DNA from: Phaeosaccion multiseriatum
Taxonomy: Eukaryota > Protista > Ochrophyta, other classes
Direction of reading: 5' to 3'
Length of the DNA stretch: 64,000 bases
NCBI GenBank assembly: GCA_965112735.1
Contig: OZ218959.1
Coordinates: 186,001 to 250,000 of the forward strand
Of this stretch, positions 57,547 through 64,000 are shown piece by piece (the stretch's first letter is position 1; every line of letters starts with the position of its first letter). The position numbers were made by a program, and so were the translations under genes. The notes beneath the pieces are model-generated. The model did no database searches and was not told the origin of the DNA. It was given only the letters and a program-made list of their open reading frames with translations.

Positions 57547-60500
57547 TCAGACATGTGGCCAGTGTCCGCGCCTTCGAAAGTACCCCTCCACCATCCTCGG
57601 CAGCCACACCAAAGACTGGGTCACCACCCCCCAGTCGGGGGCCATTCCTCTGACCTGTAGGCTTATACCCATCGCTGGAGGGAGGGAGGGAGGGAGGGGG
57701 AGGGACACACATGCATACCATGGAGGAGGGGAGGGGGAGGGACACACATGGATACCATGGAGGAGGGGAGGGGAGGCGTCGAGGGCCATCAGCAGCACAT
57801 CCAACGGGAGACGAGGGGAGACGAGGGGAGACGGAGACGGCAGCAGACGGCAGAAGAGGAGAGGGGCGCGCCGCGCTGTACTAGAGCACCCACGAGAGCC
57901 CTCTGCCCTACGCCTACAGCCCAGCCCTAAGCGATGCGCCACAGTCCCACCCTCACTCACCTGCCAGCAGGTAGGACGCCACCGCGCGCTTCATCTTGTC
58001 CTCTCGAATGGTGGCCTGCCCGGCCCGCTCCAGGTGGGGGTCAACCCACTGAGAGTGGAGACGGAGAGGGGAAGAGCGGGGTCAAGAGTCAGTAGCCTGA
58101 GGCATGGCAAAGCCGAGTCCGGTGTTGTGATTAAGAGAGACTGCCCCACCCCTCTCTTCCTCCCCCCCCTTTCTGCCTTGCCTTGGATATGACCCCCACG
58201 AGTATCGTAGCACCGAATAGACTCGTGCTGGCGGTGAGAGCTGCGTTGGAGAAGTAGGCAGCCAGTGTCAGCCCCGCTGCCGTGGCCGTCCACTTAATGG
58301 CCGCCTCCAGCCAGTGCCGCGTGCCCTTAGAGATCTCCTGCGGCAAGGGCGGGGATGGCAGTGGATGGGGGGGAAGGCAGCAGGGAATGGGGACAGCGAG
58401 AAGGGGCGTGCCGGGGTGGGGCCGTGAGCGAAGCGGCACGCGACGACGATTTTCTAGACAGACCAAGTCTTCCGAAAACGCCCCCACACACACCAGCTCA
58501 CGAGGGAAGACTCCTCCTCCTCCTCCTCCTCGTCAGCGTCATCGTCGTCGTCCTTCCCCGCCCTCCCCTTCAGCCCATACGCCTCCACTCACTTCCCCTC
58601 CGATGGTGTCTGCCACATACACTGCCAGCTTCTTGAGTGGGGACTCCGAGCCGACAGTTACGGTCATGAGGCTGCCGAGGTTCACACCCAGTGCCAGTTT
58701 CGTGAGCGCGCTCGAGTGGCGCACGGCAAAGGCCTGCAGAAGGCCCGTGTAGAGCCCCGTGCACACCTGTTGCGTAACATTACGTGACGTGGCGTAAGGT
58801 TTTACGTACCGTATGGCGAAGGATGGCGGAAGAGGCATGCAGGCATGTTAGGTAGGTTGGTAGGTAAGGAGGTAGGTAGGTAGGGAGGGAGGGAGGGAGG
58901 GAGGGAGGGAGGGAGGGAGGGAGGGAGGGAGGGAGGGAGGGAGGGAGGGAGGGAGGGAGGGAGGTAGGGAGGTAGGTAGGGAGGTAGGTAGGGAGGTAGG
59001 TAGGGAGGTAGGTAGGCAGACCTCCCTCTCTCACCTTCCTGATGCGCCTCGCATCGACGGATCTGCCAACAGCGTGGAAGGTGCTTAACGCGGCTCTAAT
59101 CTGATTGATCTCCTCTCTGCAGGCCGCGAGGTCACGCTTTGCCTTGGCCTCAGCCGCCTTGATCTCCAGACGAGTCTCCTTACTACTCTGACCGTCTGCG
59201 ACATCGGGCAACGCGGGCAGATCGGGTGAGGGTGAGGCATGAAGGCCTGAGAGTCCGGGACGAAGATATGGGAAAGCATCTTCGGAAAACAGGAGGGTGC
59301 TTCGCGGATTCAAGCGCTTTCGGACCCTCCTCTTCCTGCTCCTGCTCCTGCTCCTGCTCCTCCTCCTGCTCCTGCTCCTCCTGCTCCCCCTCTCTCTGTC
59401 CCTCACCTTTCTTTGCCTGCCATGCACGGTGCTTTACACTGGCGAGGTCTGCCGCAACCTGCTCGAACCTTCAGCCAAGGCAGTGGAGGCATAAGGGGTG
59501 CAGCCGAGCCAAGGGACAAGGGGGAGGGGGGGGGGGGGCGCAAAGACACATTGAACGGATGAAGGGCTGGTGCAGAAGAGAGGGGGTTAAAGGGGTTGCC
59601 ACATGGCAGGGGCGACAAGGACACCGCATACAGATGCCACAGGAGAGCGGAGAAGGTGTTGGGTAGATAGCCCAATGCCTGAGGGGGTATGCCGGTATGC
59701 ATACCTGCGCTTCGACTCGAGCAGCACCTCTTTGGCCTCCATAAGGTTGGGGTAGTTCTTCTGAAGAGTCACGCGCGTCTCGCGGTACGTCTGCGCCAGC
59801 TCAAGCACCCCTTCCTGCGGTGGGCAGGCAGGTATATGGGCAGGTATATGGGCAGGTATATGGGCAGGTATGTGGGCAGGCATATGGGCAGGTATATGGG
59901 CAGGTATATGGGCAGGTATATGGGCAGGCATATGGGCAGGCAGGCATATGGGCAGGCAGGCAGGCAGACAGGTAGGCAGGCAGACAGGTAGGTAGGCAGG
60001 CAGGCAGGTAGGTAGGCAGGCAGGCAGGCAGGTAGGTAGGCACAGAAGGCACCGGATGCGGGTGAGCGCTGAGCGTGGAGCGGCGGCGTGTGTACCTAAC
60101 AAACAGAGCAGGGAGAGGTCAGATGCGCACTTCCACGTGGCGAGCCAGGCATAGCATACCATACCACGCCAACTTCATTGACTTGTAGCGTGTTCTCTAC
60201 CCAGGCAGGCAAGGTAACTCCGTCAAGTCTACGCTTGGCAGGACAGAGAGTGAGAGGCTGACCCCAACCCAACCAAGAGGATGAGCTGCGCTTGCTTAGA
60301 GCTGGGCTTGCTTACCTTGACATCCGACCAGCCTCGCACTCGAAAGGCTTGGAGCTGAGGGGAATTTGTCACGGTGGAGAGGACGGAGGTGGGGGTTAGG
60401 GGTAGTGTCGTGAGGCCAATGGCGGCACATAAAAGTAACCTTTCCCGCCAGCACGCGACCACGTGATCGAGCACACGTGCAAGCATCGCCCCGCATCACT

Positions 60501-61229
60501 ATTGACCGCTGTAGCAATCAGTCTATCGTTGGCCTGGCTGATGTGGTTGCGCCTCTCTCCGTCTCTCATCCGCCTCACCTGTAGCGCTACATACTTGAAG
60601 GTGTTGCCATAAATAAGCATTGACGTGCCGAATACGGCCCTTGCAAGGTTCCCGGGCCTTACAACCATGGACCACACCTTCCGAGGGTGTGGGAGGGAGT
60701 GGGGAGAGCGTGCATCGGGGGGACCAACAAGTGAGGGAGGGAGGGAGGGAGGGAGGGAGGGAGGGAGGGAGGGAGGGAGGGAGGGAGGGAGGGAGGGAGG
60801 GAGGGAGGGAGGGAGGGAGGGAGGGAGGGAGGGAGGGAGGGAGGGAGGGAGGGAGGGAGGGAGGGAGGGAGGGAGGGAGGGAGGGAGGGAGGGAGGGAGG
60901 GAGGGAGGGGGGGGGGACGAGGCAAGAGCCGACGGAGCAAAGGGGAGGCGCATCAAGAACAAGAGCTCGCAGGACACGACACCAGCGAAGCAAGGCCTTG
61001 AAAACGGTGGCATCTCCACTTCCCGCACTGACAGCAGCCGCAGCTCCGGGTGTTCTCTCTTGCTCACCTTCGCAACTACTCCCTCCACTCTGTCGAGATG
61101 AAGGGTCATGCTCTCCGGCACCTCTTCTTTTCGCTCGGGCTCAGACCACCCGAAGGCATGGCCGCTGTCCGGAAGCAGCAGTCCGAGCAAGACAAGGGCC
61201 CAGCAGAGCAGGACGTGCGGCGGCTTCAT
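57547..61229 (-). CDS. Multi-exon membrane protein with coiled-coil, signal peptide followed by Phe (putative plastid targeting); function unknown
   Basis: Exon 1 MKPPHVLLCWALVLLGLLLPDSGHA-FGW; later exons VWSMVV...FGTSMLIYGNTFKYVALQ, EGVLELAQTYRE..., ...AKRDLAACREEINQIR..., VCTGLYTGLLQAFAV...LALGVNLG, WLEAAIKW..GLTLAAYF, WVDPHL..., AMGISLQV...WLPRMVEGYF...*. About 10 exons; some junctions uncertain. Confidence 0.7.
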
Positions 61230-61641
61230 GATGTGCGAGGAGGCCCACGTGGCCTCCTCCCCGCCCTTTCCTGCCCCTTTCAGGGCCTTGCCGCAGCAGT
61301 ATAAGCCGCGGCAGGACAGTACAAGCAGATAATTAGACGCAAGATATTGCACGAGTAGAGGATGTCACACAGAGGGCCAATGCAATAATAAAAACGTGGA
61401 ATCTGTGTAGAGAAAGAGAAGATGGCAGTAAACGGCCTCTAATTTGGTTCCCTTCCCTTCCCCCCTCATCTCTCCCCTCTCCCTCCCTTTCCCCTCCAAC
61501 CCCCCCCAACCCTAGCTGTCTGCTCCCGAAAGGGAGGAGAGGGACCTCCCCGTGGTGGAGGCTTGGCTACAAAGGAATCGAGCTCTTTTGAAGGGCCTTG
61601 TTGACTTCTCCCATCAAACCTACTAGCGAGTCCAGGCAACG

Positions 61642-64000
61642 ATGCTTCCCCTCAAGCCAGTCTCCGCCGCGTCGATCAGAGGTGAGAATGGCTGGGTGTA
61701 AGGAGATGAAAGCCAAGCAAACTTATCTCCAGACTCTCTCTTCTTCCTCTCCTCCCCTCCCCTCCCCTCTCTTCTCCCCTCCGCCTTTCCACTGTGGCAT
61801 TGCTTTTTCTTACATCCTCCCGCGCATGTGCTCATTACCCTCTCTTACCCTCCCTCTCTCTGTCTCTCTCTCGCTCGATCTCAGGCCGAGGGCGGGGAAC
61901 AGGCCGCTTCAGACCCACGACAGGCAGACCGAGAACGCCCACGCCCATCCCCACTACTACCCGGCCTGCATCACCTTCGCCTCCGACATGGACAGGAGCA
62001 GCACCAGCTTCTTCTTCCGCTCCGTCCCCTCCGTCTCGTGGCGACGAGGACCGACTTCTAGCGGCGGAGAGCCTCAACCTGCTTGGAACTGTCGCAGAGC
62101 GAGACGCGGAGGGATCAGGAGTAGGGAGGCATGCGAAAGAAGGGCCACCCGCAGGCGCAGACGCAGCAGAAGGAGAAGCAAAAGAAGAAACAGCGGCCCA
62201 TGATGGGGAAACAGCAGCAGCACCAGCAGCACCAGCAGCAGAGAAGCAGGCTCCAGGAAGGAGAGGGAAGAGGGGGAGGCCGGCCACGAGCAGGGCCGCG
62301 GGTGACGGTCCGACAGCAGAGGAGGAGGAGGAGGTGGAGGACGAGGAGGAGGAGACAGAGCCGTTACCCAAGGTAGGCAGAACGACGAGGGGGCGCAAGG
62401 CAGCCACGCCCGGGGGGAAGGCAGCAGACGGTCCACAGGCAGGAGACCCAGGAGGGCATGACGCTGGCCGAGAAGAGGGGGCAGGGGAGTGGGGGCGAAG
62501 GGGCGCAAAGAGGGGCAGACACGAGAGCTCGGATGCAGCAGCAGTAGCAGCCGCAGCAGCAACAGCGGTGACGGCTACGGCGGCGGCGGCGGAGGAAGGA
62601 GGCGGAAGAGGCACGAACGAGCCGGCAAAGGCGGCGAAGGCAGTCGATGGTCCCTCTAGCAAGGCGCCTGCGCCCGCTGGTGGGGGTCGAGCCATGTCTG
62701 TGGCCGGCAGGAGGATCGGGAGGGGAGGAAGGGGAGGGGCAAGGGAGAGGGCCAATCGAGCGGTGGCAGCAGCGGCGGCGGCATCAGCGGCTGCTGGAGG
62801 CGGGAAAGGAAAAGCTGCTGCTGCCAATGGGCAGGTACCCCTCCCTGTAACGGCCTGGGGCGGGGGGGGGAGCGCTCCTCCTTCCCCTGCCGGCGTGAGG
62901 CCAGCGACCGCCGCACCCGTGACGGTACGTGTCGGAGGAGCCTTTGTGCAGAGTCGCCAGGCAAGAGAGGACTCAGAGGCGGCTGCAGCCACTGCTGCTG
63001 CCACCGCCGCTGCCGCCTCTGGGGGTCTGTTGGGCGGGGAGGGGGGCAAGGGGGGTAAGAAGAAGGGCAGCACAGAGGAGGAAATACGGAAGAGCACGAC
63101 CATGATCGCGCTGTGTCAGGGTATTCAGATTCGGAAGCGAGACCCCAACAAGAAGGGGAAGGCCAAAAAGAAGAAGAAGGTAAAGAAGGGGAAAGGGAAG
63201 GGTGGGCAGAAGGGGGGGGATGACGAGGATGACGACGACGAGGATGAGGAGGACGAGAACGAGGACGAGGCGGCAGCAGCGAAGGCGCCCCCTCCACCGG
63301 TGGTGAAGAAGAAAGCCCCTCCTCCTCCCAAGCCCAAGGCATCCATCGGGCCGAGGGTGACGCTTGTGAACGGGGTTCTGCGAGTGGACGCGTCGAGTCT
63401 CGAGGTGGGCACCGCCAGGGAGGTACAGGATGAAGCGCAGTACGAGGAGGTGCATGAGGATGCAAGCATGACTGCAACGAGCAGCAGCTTCACCACCAGG
63501 GAGAAGACCGAGCGCTGGGACGCGGATGCCACTCGGCAGTTCTACCGGGCCCTGCAGAGCTGCGGCACGGACTTTACTGTGATGGAGTACATGTTTCAGA
63601 CCCGCTCCAAGAAGCAGCTCAAGAACAAGTTCAAGAAGGAGGAGAGGTTGAGGCCAAAGCTCATCAGCCTGGCGCTGTCTAGCACCGATCCGCTGGACAT
63701 GTCCCTGTTCGAGGGAAAGCTCGGCAAGCTCAGCGTGGCGGCGGCGGGGAGCAGCAGCAGCAGCAGTACCACCAGTAGCACTACCAAGAGCAGCAATCGC
63801 ACCAGCACCACCGGCAGCACGCCTGCTGTAGGTGCCAGTGTTGCCGCTGGTGCGAGGGCTGGCAATGCCGCTGCCACCACGAGCAGCAGTGCACCGTTGG
63901 CCGCGGCCTCTTCATCCAAGAGGGCGGCAGCAACAGGTGGCAGCCCTGAGGGCAGTACAAGCCGCAGTAGTCGTGCAGAGGCGGCGTCGGCGGCTGACGC
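61642..64000 (+). CDS. BDP1: TFIIIB subunit B''/BDP1-like SANT/Myb protein (3'-partial)
   Basis: Exon 61642-61681 (MLPLKPVSAASIR) and a long exon from 61885 running off the window, which is why it is absent from the ORF track. Contains GPRVTLVNGVLRVDASSL and SSSFTTREKTERWDADATRQFYRALQSCGTDFTVMEYMFQTRSKKQLKNKFKKEER, the Bdp1-type Myb domain. Confidence 0.88.

Noticed and set aside
6845-61231. GREG/PPSL, SQSV, THSL and KEGR repeat ORFs
   Set aside because: They are translations of (GGGA)n, (GACT)n, (ACTC)n and (GGAA)n intronic microsatellites.
61835-63919. Minus-strand ORFs of 422, 273, 135 and 107 aa
   Set aside because: They are antisense shadows of the + strand BDP1 exon.
1-64000. tRNA, rRNA or snRNA genes
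   Set aside because: None recognised by eye; tRNAscan-SE and Infernal would be needed to exclude them.

Overview
Eukaryotic nuclear DNA, GC-rich and intron-dense, with introns full of micro- and minisatellites. Gene content and a signal peptide followed by Phe suggest an alga with a complex plastid, probably a stramenopile (inference). Most long ORFs in the supplied track are repeat artefacts. Splicing by hand gives about 12 genes: (1) a 5'-partial, ~45-exon, >3,200-aa coiled-coil protein ending in two IQ motifs (+, to 26667); (2) an 8-exon ~2,070-aa PPR protein (-); (3) an LYR-motif protein; (4) a Sulfotransfer_4-like protein; (5) a secreted CAP/PR-1 protein; (6) an intronless PB1 protein with an (HHGPP)n tail; (7) an intronless PPR-SMR protein; (8) a minimal O6-alkylguanine alkyltransferase; (9) FCF1/UTP24; (10) a polyQ protein of unknown function; (11) a probably plastid-targeted membrane protein; (12) a 3'-partial BDP1. 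Three things stand out. First, the PPR-SMR has 14 near-identical 105-bp repeats whose two specificity residues toggle between two states each, like a natural programmable RNA endonuclease; the predicted target is about AYGGAAAYGGAUYUA. Second, a ~16-nt word, GCAGTTGGTGRTACAG, is dispersed through exons in different frames and through introns. Third, several intronic words occur in purine-rich form next to donors and as reverse complements next to acceptors. Four GC-AG introns and duplicated splice junctions are also present. All exon coordinates were traced by eye and may be off by a few bases.
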